From a virus, in the IMG/VR virus record IMGVR_UViG_3300032093_011758, positions 1-64,000 of that record: a DNA stretch of 64,000 nucleotides. One strand, given 5' to 3'. Every line of letters begins with the position of its first letter. The stretch's first letter is position 1. The translations under genes were made by a program, and so were the position numbers. The notes beneath the pieces were generated by a model, which worked only from the letters and a program-made list of their open reading frames with translations, was not told where the DNA came from and did no database searches. Shown one piece after another: positions 36,212-46,326 of this stretch.

Positions 36212-37759
36212 TTAATTAATCCTAATGTTTTGATTGAGGATCTTTTTATTTGCGTTTTGTAGTTCTGTTAGTATTTTGGCACTTGAAGTCCCGTCAGTTG
36301 CAACAGGAACTGGTGGTAAACCAGGAAATGCGTGGACATGACTGATCAAAAATTTTACAATTAAATTCATAAATTTGATCAGTTCCTCACCTCTCACAAG
36401 TGAATTAGTATATGGTAAAACACTTTCAGCTAAAAATCCTTGTTCCAACTTAACCGCTGTTGATTCGTCCAAAATAATTTTTTTACCATTAATTTCTGAT
36501 TCATGGGATAAAAAAACTAATTTATCGGCACCCATTACACCATATGTTGTTGAAACATTTTGTCTACTTATATCTTTCGTATAATCAATTCTTGGTGTGG
36601 TCTGTTGTCCGACTAAAAAAGGTGAAAATAATAATCCGTAACCTTCTTTTCCTTCTTTTTTGAATTTAATTTTTTCTGCGATTTTTATTACATTTTTGTA
36701 TTCAGGTAAGGTTGAGTTATTGGCATCTGATATCCACTTGTAGGTCATTTTGTTTGGTCTGAAAACTATAGGATGAGGTTTTCGTATTCTTGTTATTGGA
36801 TAGGGGTCTAAATTTATTTTGGCATTATCAGATTGTTTCAATACTTTATTTATTTTGTCAATAATTTGTTGTGAAGTGAGATTATTGTACGTTAATTTCA
36901 AAATTAATGCTTTGTCCATATCATTTATCTCCGAAGAAATAGTAATTTGATTCGTAGTGTAAGCGGAATTTTCTGGTAACCCATAAATATAAACCTCTAA
37001 ATCAAAGTTGTCTTGTAAATTTTCGGGACGACCTATGTTCCATTCAATTAAAGTTTTTACAAACTGAACATTAGGTTCTAACCTTAATTGTGGGATGTTA
37101 CCATTGAAGTTTATTCTATCTGAAAAATTTGATAGCTGCAGGAAACTTCTAGTTTTTTTAAATTCAATAGGAGTGTTCCTATTTAATGGATAGGACTTAC
37201 TTTTACCCGCCCTTAAAATGACATCATCATCTTTGAGAATCAAATCACAAGTTCCTCTTCCTTGTAAGGCAACATCGTCCGGTTCCGCAAAGATTCCCTT
37301 CTGAGTTTCTAAATAATATTCTCCATTTTCGGGATTTTTCAAATATACCGAGCCCTGTAATCTATCTCTTGATGCGAATAATCTTGATGATGCAGCATCT
37401 TCCCTATAAGAAGTTAGAATTGAAGAAAAAACACCCTGAATATAATATTGTTCTCCAAATTTATATTCAGGATTTGGCCACATTATATTAACTGATTCAC
37501 CTACTTTTGGTGTTGTTTTTAGAAGGACAGGAATCAAAGGTAAACAACAAAATGGATCAAGTTTTGTCCACTGAAATTCAGGTTTCAAGTCACCCGAATC
37601 TTTTGTTTCTTTACCATCATAAGTGTCAGGAACACCATCTAATATTGATTGGTCATTTGCATTGTCAATTATTGTGTCAAAACTGACTCTCACTCTGTTC
37701 ATCATTAGAGGGTCATTAACACTTTTCACTTTTCCTGTATATATAAATTTTTTATCCAT
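36212..37759 (-). CDS. baseplate hub/spike protein (gp5-like)
   Basis: N-terminal OB-fold pattern GKV..VNDP...RVRV...PKVGESV, LQGR, LRAGK, C-terminal VRGEEL...SHVH. Confidence 0.7.
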   Translation of the reverse strand: MDKKFIYTGKVKSVNDPLMMNRVRVSFDTIIDNANDQSILDGVPDTYDGKETKDSGDLKPEFQWTKLDPFCCLPLIPVLLKTTPKVGESVNIMWPNPEYKFGEQYYIQGVFSSILTSYREDAASSRLFASRDRLQGSVYLKNPENGEYYLETQKGIFAEPDDVALQGRGTCDLILKDDDVILRAGKSKSYPLNRNTPIEFKKTRSFLQLSNFSDRINFNGNIPQLRLEPNVQFVKTLIEWNIGRPENLQDNFDLEVYIYGLPENSAYTTNQITISSEINDMDKALILKLTYNNLTSQQIIDKINKVLKQSDNAKINLDPYPITRIRKPHPIVFRPNKMTYKWISDANNSTLPEYKNVIKIAEKIKFKKEGKEGYGLLFSPFLVGQQTTPRIDYTKDISRQNVSTTYGVMGADKLVFLSHESEINGKKIILDESTAVKLEQGFLAESVLPYTNSLVRGEELIKFMNLIVKFLISHVHAFPGLPPVPVATDGTSSAKILTELQNANKKILNQNIRIN

Positions 37760-37767
37760 TAAGAAAA

Positions 37768-37968
37768 TTATTTTGTTCTTTTTTCATATTCCTTCAGGAC
37801 CTTGTTGTATAGTAGTTCAGTTTTGTCCAAATGACTTGTGAGTTTAATAATACTTTGTTTTGTTTGTTCAAAATCGTTATTGAAAAACTCCAAGCAAAAT
37901 ATTAGTTCTTTGTTTGTACTGTCAGTGATATTTTTAAGTATTTCATTTACTTTATCTCGTTCTTCCAT
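37768..37968 (-). CDS. small coiled-coil protein
   Basis: 66-aa ORF in operon. Confidence 0.65.
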   Translation of the reverse strand: MEERDKVNEILKNITDSTNKELIFCLEFFNNDFEQTKQSIIKLTSHLDKTELLYNKVLKEYEKRTK

Positions 37969-37970
37969 CT

Positions 37971-39875
37971 TTACATTTTTTTACCAAAACTATTACCATT
38001 ACCTATGGTTAATCCACCCGGAGTCATAGTCAATGGTGGAGTGAAAACTTGTACTTTACCATTTTCATTTTCCTCTTTTTGCATTGCGCTCATTGAACCA
38101 AAAAGACTTGTCAACATTAAATTTGGACTACCATCCGGCATGGCCCCTGTCGGTAATCCTAATTTTTGGAATTCTTCAATCATATTGATATTAGCTCTCG
38201 CAGAAGAAAATCCTGGAAGTAAACTTGAGGCTGCAAGTAAAGGACCGGGTAATTTTAAAGGGTTTCCGATAAAAGCCAACAAAGCTAAAATTTCATCAAC
38301 AACACTTTTACATTTTCTCCAATCATCAACAAACTTAGCCACTATTAATAATAATTCAACGAGTTTTAGGATTATTGCTAATTTTTTACTGGCAGTTTCC
38401 CTTGCGATTTCACTTACAATTTGTCTAGCAATTACTTTTATGTCTTTTTCAATAATATAAAAAAGTTCTTCAACAAATAAGGCGGCAATTTTAGACATTA
38501 CATTAAGACTAAATTTGAAGAAACTTTTAACAAAAGTCATGAAATCTTCTATTTCATCTGAAATAAGTTGCCCCAAAGCTTTTGACATTATCACTAATGG
38601 GAGTATAACTTTCGGTGTTAATAATGCAAACATAATCGCTTTAGGTAATGTTTCCAAAAAACTCAAATCAATCTTTAGATCTAAATCAAAACTATTTGGG
38701 AACAAAAGTTTCCACTTAGGGTTATCTGTTATTGAAGAAGTTAAAGACTCGGCAATTTCTTGTTGGTCGTTAATATTGTCTGCTCTGTTGAAACTTAAAA
38801 TTGCGTCTATTAAACTTTGTGAGTCAACAGGTAAAAATACGTTTTCGCAATCTTCAAATTCCATTACTCCATTTCTTATATTTGAAATTTGTGACTCTAT
38901 ATTTCTCAAATCAATACTATTGAATTCAAAAAAACTTTGGTCTATTCCATCTAATTCTGAAACCTTTGAGTTTCCGGTCACATCAATTTCTTTTTTTGAG
39001 TCAAAACATAATCCTAAAATTCTTTGTAAAATTATAGAAAATTTACTTTTTATTTCTAGTTCCCCCACTCCGATACTTAGAGAAAAAGAAAATGCCCCGG
39101 ATATTAAATCAATCAGTTGAAAAAAAATGTTTGAAAGATCAACAACTTTAATGGATCTATAATAATCAACTAAAAAATCCACAACTTTATTCAGGTTGTT
39201 TATTGATCCACCGGCGAGAACAACTCTAAAAAAATCACCACTAATGTTTCCGGGTTGAGCAACTGTTACGTATGAAATTTCAAAAAGTTTATTACCTGAA
39301 ACTCCAAAAATATCTATCGGTACGTTTACGTTTTGAGTGCATTCCCACAAGGCCCTATTCATACTATAGGGTCTTTGATTATTAGATGGTGGATTTTTTT
39401 CATAAGCGAGAGCTGCGACTTCATCGTTCGGGTCCCTTTTCAGTAGATTTTGTATATCAACACTACTTACTTTAATGTAAAACCCTAATCCATCCGGAAA
39501 AGTTTGTTGTTGTGAACATCCTAAAGTTTTCACTGTTTCATTCAGAAGTATTTTTGCAACTTTTGGTTCTATATTCAGAGCAGCTTGTACAAATTTTGAT
39601 TTAATATACCTCATAGTTGAGGATCCGTTACCAAGATTGAATTGTGAAATATCTAGTAACTGACTCAACTGAGATTTAACCTCTCTCTGAAACCTTTTTT
39701 TTTGTTCTTTTAATTGATCAATTGAGCTTGATATTTGATCATTTTTTTTAGTCAAATTATTAAGCTGATCATTGAGTATTTTTTTTCTGTCTTTTGATAC
39801 CTCTAAAAAAGTATTTGCAGCCTTTATCTTACTCTCTACGTTACCATATGAATTTTGTAAATCTACAGACATCAC
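37971..39875 (-). CDS. large hypothetical (tail/baseplate-region) protein
   Basis: 634-aa ORF in operon with gp5-like gene. Confidence 0.7.
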   Translation of the reverse strand: MMSVDLQNSYGNVESKIKAANTFLEVSKDRKKILNDQLNNLTKKNDQISSSIDQLKEQKKRFQREVKSQLSQLLDISQFNLGNGSSTMRYIKSKFVQAALNIEPKVAKILLNETVKTLGCSQQQTFPDGLGFYIKVSSVDIQNLLKRDPNDEVAALAYEKNPPSNNQRPYSMNRALWECTQNVNVPIDIFGVSGNKLFEISYVTVAQPGNISGDFFRVVLAGGSINNLNKVVDFLVDYYRSIKVVDLSNIFFQLIDLISGAFSFSLSIGVGELEIKSKFSIILQRILGLCFDSKKEIDVTGNSKVSELDGIDQSFFEFNSIDLRNIESQISNIRNGVMEFEDCENVFLPVDSQSLIDAILSFNRADNINDQQEIAESLTSSITDNPKWKLLFPNSFDLDLKIDLSFLETLPKAIMFALLTPKVILPLVIMSKALGQLISDEIEDFMTFVKSFFKFSLNVMSKIAALFVEELFYIIEKDIKVIARQIVSEIARETASKKLAIILKLVELLLIVAKFVDDWRKCKSVVDEILALLAFIGNPLKLPGPLLAASSLLPGFSSARANINMIEEFQKLGLPTGAMPDGSPNLMLTSLFGSMSAMQKEENENGKVQVFTPPLTMTPGGLTIGNGNSFGKKM

Positions 39876-40240
39876 TTATTCAATTTATAAATTTGATTAT
39901 CTCTATCAACGTCTTTTTGGATTATAGATTGAACTAAATCTTCATCCAAATCTTCCAAAGTAAAATCTTCTTGTTCTTTACTATTCTTCTCCCAAATTGT
40001 TGATTGTAGTTTTGATAATGTCAGTTTTTTTTCTACACAGTCATTTATGATTTTTTGTTGTTCTTTTATGACTGGACCGATGGTTTGCATGTCTTCAGAA
40101 TCTTTCATTAAAGACAACATTTTATTTTGTATTCGTATTGCAGTATTCCTTTGTTCCACAATTTCATTATAAATTTCTTGCATTATGGATAAAATTGAAT
40201 CCTTAGTGAACTTTATTTCTTTTTTCTTTGGTCTACTCAT
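39872..40240 (-). CDS. hypothetical coiled-coil protein
   Basis: 122-aa ORF, late motif 5 nt before ATG. Confidence 0.7.
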   Translation of the reverse strand: MSRPKKKEIKFTKDSILSIMQEIYNEIVEQRNTAIRIQNKMLSLMKDSEDMQTIGPVIKEQQKIINDCVEKKLTLSKLQSTIWEKNSKEQEDFTLEDLDEDLVQSIIQKDVDRDNQIYKLNK

Positions 40241-40259
40241 AATCTATAAATATTCTGAC

Positions 40260-41012
40260 TTAGTTTTTTAAAATGTTACTTAAAAGACCCACGTATAACT
40301 TTTTGTATTTTTTCATTGAATTTCTTATTTCTTTAGTGGTCAAATTTGTCATTTCTCTTAAGGAGAGTAAAACGATGTTTTTATTGAATTTGTTGTTATC
40401 TGTATTTGATATTAAACTTTCATAGTTATCAAAAATATCTAAAAGAGCAATTCCAAGTTTCTTTTCATTCTCGTTTAGTTGTTGCTTATTGATATAATTT
40501 TTCAAGTCTATTTTAAACTGAATGATTATATTTTCAGAACTGAAATCATTTTCTTCTATTGTATATGAATATTTAACGTTTTCTTCAATAGAGGATGAAA
40601 TATCTTCATAAGATATTTTTCTATTCATTTCTTTTTGGTCTTTAATTATCTGACCCATCAGATAATTTTTACAAATAGTACCGAAATAAGAATACGCCTT
40701 TTTTTCCTTTGATGGTTTGAATTTATCAATTTTCGTCATCAAGAAGGAATGAGTATCCGCATGAATTTCTTCAAAATTCATATCCTTTCTATACAACTTA
40801 TACCTTCTAATAATTGAAGATATCATTTTGTCTAAGGGATCCCTTAAGTATTGATTATAAATTTTGTTTCTACCTTCAAATGTTTCTTCTTGTAAAAACA
40901 TTCTAACGGCCATTTCTTCTTTTACATCAAAATAATTCTCTTGTTTTGATCTTCTACCTCTTTTTTTTGTTTCATTACTTATAGAAATTCCGGTCAGTTC
41001 ATAAGATTCCAT
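40260..41012 (-). CDS. phage late sigma factor (T4 gp55-like)
   Basis: NYF...KIDKFKPSKEKKAYSYFGTICKNYL sigma region-2 pattern; start moved to ATG 41012 (TAATG overlap). Confidence 0.72.
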   Translation of the reverse strand: MESYELTGISISNETKKRGRRSKQENYFDVKEEMAVRMFLQEETFEGRNKIYNQYLRDPLDKMISSIIRRYKLYRKDMNFEEIHADTHSFLMTKIDKFKPSKEKKAYSYFGTICKNYLMGQIIKDQKEMNRKISYEDISSSIEENVKYSYTIEENDFSSENIIIQFKIDLKNYINKQQLNENEKKLGIALLDIFDNYESLISNTDNNKFNKNIVLLSLREMTNLTTKEIRNSMKKYKKLYVGLLSNILKN

Positions 41013-41815
41013 TAAAATTGAGGCGTAAATTTCAATTGTCTTTCGTCTTTGAAGAAATATTCTTTTTTCGCGGATTCTATCCAAAATTTAACTTCTTGTT
41101 CAGTCAAGATGTTATCACCATTCTTGTAGTTCCAAAAAATAGATCCTTCTCTGAGATTGACGTGTTTATATCCCAATTTGGGGATGGTCATTATTTTGAC
41201 AGAATTAAAAGTTAATCTTAATAAGAATTCATATACGAAGGTTAGTTTAAAATTTCCTTTGAAGCCTCCATATTCTTTGATGATATCTTTTTTGACTACC
41301 ATACCCGCAGTTTGAAAGTTTTGAAAATTATGTAAAGTTTCATTTGTTAAAAAACCTACCTCTTGACTGAAATTAGATGCGAAAGTCGCTTCATTTGTAA
41401 ATCCAGCAAACAAACCCTTTTCATCAACATCAATAACAATAGGTAAAAAAGCTTTTACATCTTTGTAAAGATCTATGTATTTTTTTACATTATCAAACCA
41501 AATACCGGAGTATTCATCATCAAATTCTAAAAATGAAACCCATTCTGAAGATGCGGATTCAATTCCGGCATTCATTTGTTTTGCAAAATTTGGTTCATCA
41601 ATCCATTTGACTTTTTTTACATTTAAACTACCGAAATCATAATTGTTCAATTTGGTTTCTAAAAGTTCTTCATCTGTATGAACTATAACAAGTTCATTTA
41701 CAGAAACTTTTTGATTGATGATAGAATCAATTGCTTTTTTCAAATAGTCGTCAAAATCTCTAGCCGTGGCTGTCTTTATTGGTAAAATTATTGATACGTC
41801 AATTTTATTATCCAT
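41012..41815 (-). CDS. glycosyltransferase family 2
   Basis: VSIILP, AIDSIINQ, NAGI...WVSFLEFDD. Confidence 0.82.
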   Translation of the reverse strand: MDNKIDVSIILPIKTATARDFDDYLKKAIDSIINQKVSVNELVIVHTDEELLETKLNNYDFGSLNVKKVKWIDEPNFAKQMNAGIESASSEWVSFLEFDDEYSGIWFDNVKKYIDLYKDVKAFLPIVIDVDEKGLFAGFTNEATFASNFSQEVGFLTNETLHNFQNFQTAGMVVKKDIIKEYGGFKGNFKLTFVYEFLLRLTFNSVKIMTIPKLGYKHVNLREGSIFWNYKNGDNILTEQEVKFWIESAKKEYFFKDERQLKFTPQF

Positions 41816-42869
41816 TTTCTTCAGTTTTTAATTTGTTTAATTGTTCTGTGAAAGATTTTTCTCTAATTTCTAAATATTCAGTAAATAATGTGACCACATT
41901 ATTTTCAAAAGTTTCTTTATTTGGTAAAGAATCCACCGTTTTTTTCATACCTTCATAGAGATCGGGACTTATGTTATCTTCCAACCAATTTTGTAAGAAA
42001 TCGGCAACGAAATCAGGTAATTTATTGTCTTCAGTAATCCAAATACCATTCTCAGCGTTTAACCAATGCGGATATAATGTAGGTACTTTTCCTATAACCG
42101 GTACTCCGCACTTCATTGATTCCAAAGGAAATGTACCAAAACCACTTGTTTCATCTATCCAAACACTTAAAAAACATTCTTTCAAGAAATTTGCAAAATC
42201 ACTTTCACTCAAACCTCTCATATCTCTGAAGGTTACCCATCTATATTGTGGAAATTTAAGGTAAAAAGTTTTAATGAAATTAATCGTTTTTCTCGGATCT
42301 CTTGAATGTACCGCCACAAAAGGTTTGGGTGGATATTTGTTTGTTTCAAAGCTCTCCGAGATCATAGGTGTCAAAACATCAATTGAAACATTCCTCATAA
42401 CTGTTGAAATGTATTCTTTTTGAAATTCAGACGTTGTGATACATTTTAAGAATCCGTAATTAGCCCAACCATATCCAGGTTGAAGTGTCTCTAACATATG
42501 GTCGTATGCTTGACATAAAACAACTTTACCACAAGGTAAATCCTTAATTTGTTCCATTACAAAACCATAAATTTCAGGAATAATGATTAAATCTTCAGGT
42601 GATATTTCTAAATTTTGACCTTCAATTGATTTGTGAGGTAATTCCATATACTCTTCACCTAACCATTCAGAAACACCCGTGTAATCAGGTTTTTCATGTA
42701 AGATTATTGGGTTAAACCCTGATTTTTTTAAGGCAAAACCTAACTGATAAATGTATCTAACTCCGGCTTTAGGATTTCCTTTTGTATCCTGAACAAATAG
42801 ATAAATTCTAGAACTTTTATTTTTTAGGTTTTCAATTGATTTTTCTAACTTTTCTACTTTTTGATCCAT
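41808..42869 (-). CDS. GT-B (family 4-like) glycosyltransferase
   Basis: IIPE, SGFGTFPLESMKCGVPVIG. Confidence 0.8.
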   Translation of the reverse strand: MDQKVEKLEKSIENLKNKSSRIYLFVQDTKGNPKAGVRYIYQLGFALKKSGFNPIILHEKPDYTGVSEWLGEEYMELPHKSIEGQNLEISPEDLIIIPEIYGFVMEQIKDLPCGKVVLCQAYDHMLETLQPGYGWANYGFLKCITTSEFQKEYISTVMRNVSIDVLTPMISESFETNKYPPKPFVAVHSRDPRKTINFIKTFYLKFPQYRWVTFRDMRGLSESDFANFLKECFLSVWIDETSGFGTFPLESMKCGVPVIGKVPTLYPHWLNAENGIWITEDNKLPDFVADFLQNWLEDNISPDLYEGMKKTVDSLPNKETFENNVVTLFTEYLEIREKSFTEQLNKLKTEENG

Positions 42870-42871
42870 GA

Positions 42872-43147
42872 TTAATATGATTTAATTATTCTTTTATTCA
42901 ATAAGGTGTTAAATGCCAATCTAAATGGTATAGAAAGATGTTTTGAACTTTTTGAACCTAATGACTCATCAATTTCTTCACCTCCGTCCATTAACACTTC
43001 TAGCATAAGTTTTATTGATTCATACCTAACAATATTGATGTGATGTTCTCCGGTTAAACCGCTGATTGGATTATCAATCATAACATACTTATCAATTTCA
43101 TCAGTATCTATAAAGTAATGTTCATTCATTATTTCTAACATACTCAT
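42872..43147 (-). CDS. hypothetical protein
   Basis: 91-aa ORF in operon. Confidence 0.65.
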   Translation of the reverse strand: MSMLEIMNEHYFIDTDEIDKYVMIDNPISGLTGEHHINIVRYESIKLMLEVLMDGGEEIDESLGSKSSKHLSIPFRLAFNTLLNKRIIKSY

Positions 43148-43791
43148 AAATTTAAATTTTTGATTATAGATTTTAACTCCTTAATAGATGAAATTGTCAG
43201 ATCATTCTTAATTTCTTTATTGTATGAAGTTTCAAATTTTATAATAATTTTATTTTTGGGGTAATTCAATAATAAGTCAGGATTAGCAGTAAGTAAAATG
43301 TCTAATTCATCCCACATAGATTTTTTAGTGGAATTACTAAAAAATTTTATTTTTTCTAATAAACATCCAAATTTTGAGAGAAAAAAAAGAGTTGCGGGTT
43401 TTGATTTACCTATTTCATCTGAAACAATTAGTAAGTCATGACTATCTCTAATGTCTAAATAAAACTCATTTAAATCGTTCATAGAAGACATTTCAGTAGA
43501 TCCTGCATGACCAAATATTTGCATAGGAAAATCTCTATACATAAAATCGTATAGTTCTTCATCTGATTGAAATGCAAAATGTTCTCTTAAATTCAATGAG
43601 GTGATTTCACTTAAGATCTCATATTTGAACGGTTTGAAGATTTCTAACTCCGTATTACCTGATGAATCTAATTGATAAGTTTCAGTATCAGAATCATTTT
43701 GGCTTTCGTCTACTAAATGTTTCTGATATAATTGGGATATTTTTCCAACAGTGTCTCTTAAAACACCATTTATATCAATCGCTATTCTCAT
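43144..43791 (-). CDS. HAD-family 5'(3')-deoxyribonucleotidase-like protein (degenerate motifs)
   Basis: MRIAIDINGVLRD motif I (DxN), ETSYN near C-terminus. Confidence 0.6.
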   Translation of the reverse strand: MRIAIDINGVLRDTVGKISQLYQKHLVDESQNDSDTETYQLDSSGNTELEIFKPFKYEILSEITSLNLREHFAFQSDEELYDFMYRDFPMQIFGHAGSTEMSSMNDLNEFYLDIRDSHDLLIVSDEIGKSKPATLFFLSKFGCLLEKIKFFSNSTKKSMWDELDILLTANPDLLLNYPKNKIIIKFETSYNKEIKNDLTISSIKELKSIIKNLNL

Positions 43792-44530
43792 TATTTTCGT
43801 AATTTTTTAATAATTTGGATATCAAAGGATTTCTTACAACATCTTCATCTTTAAATTGAAAGATCCCGACATCATCAGTGTTTTTGTGTTTTCTTAAGGC
43901 GTCCCACAATCCTGTTTGAGTTTTGTTTTTGTGTCTATCAAACTGCTCCAAATCCCCTGAGATAAAAAATTTAGAATTGAATCCGATCCTTGTCAATAGT
44001 AATTTCATTTGTCCGGGAGTTGCGTTTTGAGCTTCTTCAAAAATTAATATAGTATTATCTATGTTCATTCCTCTCATGTAAGCTAATGCAAAAACCTCAA
44101 TAACATCAATTTCTTTTAGTTTTTCGCGAGCCTCTTTACCTATAATTTTATTAAGAAGATAATAAGAAGGGAAAATATACGGATCTAATTTTTCTTCCAC
44201 ATTTCCCGGTAGTGATCCTAATTTTTCTTCGGCTTCTACTGCGGGTCTTACAATTACTATTTTTTCGTAGGGTGTTGTTGGGTCTGATAAAAGATCAACA
44301 GCCGCTTTCATGGATATATAGCTTTTACCAACACCGGCAGGTCCTGAACAAATAGTGATTTGATTTTTAGTTAAAATATCATAGTATATTTTTTGACTCT
44401 CAGATAAAAATTTTTCCTTTGTCTTTTTTTTAATTATTTGAGTTATCTGTTCTTTTTTAGTTAATTTTGGTTTAAACTCAGTTTGAGTTTCTTCTTTTTT
44501 TACTGTTGTTCTTTTTTTTCTTTCTGTCAT
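43775..44530 (-). CDS. phoH: PhoH-family ATPase
   Basis: GPAGVGKS, RPAVE..EKLGSLPG, YMRG, EEAQN, SGDLEQ, VVRNPL. Confidence 0.93.
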   Translation of the reverse strand: MTERKKRTTVKKEETQTEFKPKLTKKEQITQIIKKKTKEKFLSESQKIYYDILTKNQITICSGPAGVGKSYISMKAAVDLLSDPTTPYEKIVIVRPAVEAEEKLGSLPGNVEEKLDPYIFPSYYLLNKIIGKEAREKLKEIDVIEVFALAYMRGMNIDNTILIFEEAQNATPGQMKLLLTRIGFNSKFFISGDLEQFDRHKNKTQTGLWDALRKHKNTDDVGIFQFKDEDVVRNPLISKLLKNYENNENSD

Positions 44531-44538
44531 AAATTAAA

Positions 44539-45129
44539 TTATTTTTTTACTACAATTAGTAAATCATCATATCTCCTTTTTATATGTCTAAGATCAACTA
44601 ATTCTATGCTTTTGTGTTCTATATTTTTAATACTTTCCATCAATATTTTAACATAATTACCATCTTGAATATCTTCTATTATTAGAATTCCGTTTTCTTT
44701 GAGTAAAGGTAAATAATTTTGTAGTGTATATATTTGTGAATCTAAAGAATGTGGGCCGTCTTCTACAATTATATCAAACCCTTCAGGGTACGTATCAGAT
44801 AAAAATTTAAGATTTTCGTCTTTGAAGGCATCTATTTCGTAAAACACATATCTTTCAGGATTCATTGACGAAAATATATACTCATTTACTTGATTTTTAA
44901 TATCAACTAAAACCAGTTGTGATTGGGGTAAATAATCATGCCACAGTAAGGATGACCCACCGTATTGTACCCCTATCTCAAGAATTGTTGTTTTTTTATT
45001 GAGATATGATTCAAAACTTTCGGCGTAAAAGTTATCGTAACTATGGTCTGAAGCTTTATCGGTACCACCTCTATGATTAAATCCGTTTATTTGATGTTTT
45101 TCTAAAATTTCTATAATTTTGTTAGTCAT
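44539..45129 (-). CDS. class I SAM-dependent (sugar O-)methyltransferase
   Basis: GTDK...HSY, LEIGVQYGGS, DIIVEDGPH, IIEDI. Confidence 0.85.
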   Translation of the reverse strand: MTNKIIEILEKHQINGFNHRGGTDKASDHSYDNFYAESFESYLNKKTTILEIGVQYGGSSLLWHDYLPQSQLVLVDIKNQVNEYIFSSMNPERYVFYEIDAFKDENLKFLSDTYPEGFDIIVEDGPHSLDSQIYTLQNYLPLLKENGILIIEDIQDGNYVKILMESIKNIEHKSIELVDLRHIKRRYDDLLIVVKK

Positions 45130-45772
45130 ATTTTTTTAAAATTTTAATTCCTGTATAGTCAATTTTTTCAATTTTATATTTGATTCCCGAAGATTCAAAA
45201 TATTCATCTACGGCCTTTTTAGAACCCGCCCAATGTCCATAGTCATCTACAATTAAAATCCCACGATCAACTAATTTTGGGTATAGAACATCAAGTTCTT
45301 TTTTTGTTGATTTATACCAATCTGTGTCTAATCTTAAAATACATATATTTTCAGGAGTATTTGACAACTCATCTAAAGTTTCACAAACGTCTCCTACTAC
45401 AAATTTTATGTTCTCTTTAGGAAACATAGAGGAAGATAAATTATTTTTTACTTCGCTTAAAGAAGAATAACAAAAAACTTGAGGTAAAATATCTGAAGCT
45501 TTACGGTTGTTTAAATCAATGTCAACTTCTTCGGGTTCAGTCATCCCTCTGAAAGTATCGTACAACCAAACTTTTTTGTCAAAAATTTCGTGAAAATTAA
45601 GATATTCAATAATACCTAGTATATTACCTCCTTTCCAAACACCACATTCTACAATATCACCACTTATTCTTTCTTTACGTATGTACTCTAAAGAATTATA
45701 TAACTCAGATATTCTTTCAACAGATGTCATTGAGTAGGGACTGACAAGTTTTATGAATTTTTCAAGGTTCAT
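45122..45772 (-). CDS. TylF/MycF-family sugar O-methyltransferase
   Basis: GDIVECGVWKGG, YDTFRGM, LRLDTDWYKST, DDYGHW. Confidence 0.92.
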   Translation of the reverse strand: MNLEKFIKLVSPYSMTSVERISELYNSLEYIRKERISGDIVECGVWKGGNILGIIEYLNFHEIFDKKVWLYDTFRGMTEPEEVDIDLNNRKASDILPQVFCYSSLSEVKNNLSSSMFPKENIKFVVGDVCETLDELSNTPENICILRLDTDWYKSTKKELDVLYPKLVDRGILIVDDYGHWAGSKKAVDEYFESSGIKYKIEKIDYTGIKILKKYD

Positions 45773-45778
45773 ATTTTT

Positions 45779-46321
45779 TTACTTTTTTGTTAAACAGAAT
45801 GATGGACAACCATCTTTTGTAAGATATTTCATTTCATAATTTTCTTGATTACAAAATTCATCAATCGCTCTCACAACACCAGGAAACATAGCTTTAGAAT
45901 AATCATGACCACAGATAAGTCCATCCTTTTTAATTTTTTTAAAAGAAATTATCAAATCTTTTTTCACCCCTTCGTAAGAATGATCACCATCAATGTAAAT
46001 ATAATCAAAATATTCATTAGGGAAAGTTTCAAGAATATCTTGACTATATCCTTTATGTAAAGTCACGACTTTATTGTCTGAATATGTTTTTTTTAAATTT
46101 TCATATTCAGATTCTAAGGAAGTCCAAACAATATTATTACCATCTTTATCCCCTGAACACATTTGACCTTCAAAAATATCAATTAAATGTAATTCTTCCG
46201 GATCCATTTTTTGTAAAATCAACTTAGAAAAATCCCCTTTGAAAACGCCGATTTCACAAAATTTTTTTTTCTTGTCAAGAATTTCAATTAATTCATCTCT
46301 TGAGTTTAAAATATTTATCAT
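45779..46321 (-). CDS. class I SAM-dependent methyltransferase (Methyltransf_24-like)
   Basis: EIGVFKGDFS, YIDGDHSYEGV, GHDY. Confidence 0.88.
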   Translation of the reverse strand: MINILNSRDELIEILDKKKKFCEIGVFKGDFSKLILQKMDPEELHLIDIFEGQMCSGDKDGNNIVWTSLESEYENLKKTYSDNKVVTLHKGYSQDILETFPNEYFDYIYIDGDHSYEGVKKDLIISFKKIKKDGLICGHDYSKAMFPGVVRAIDEFCNQENYEMKYLTKDGCPSFCLTKK

Positions 46322-46326
46322 ATTAT

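Noticed and set aside
39872-40240. Small terminase subunit
   Set aside because: Size and coiled coil fit, but no recognisable motif and it is far from terL; left as hypothetical
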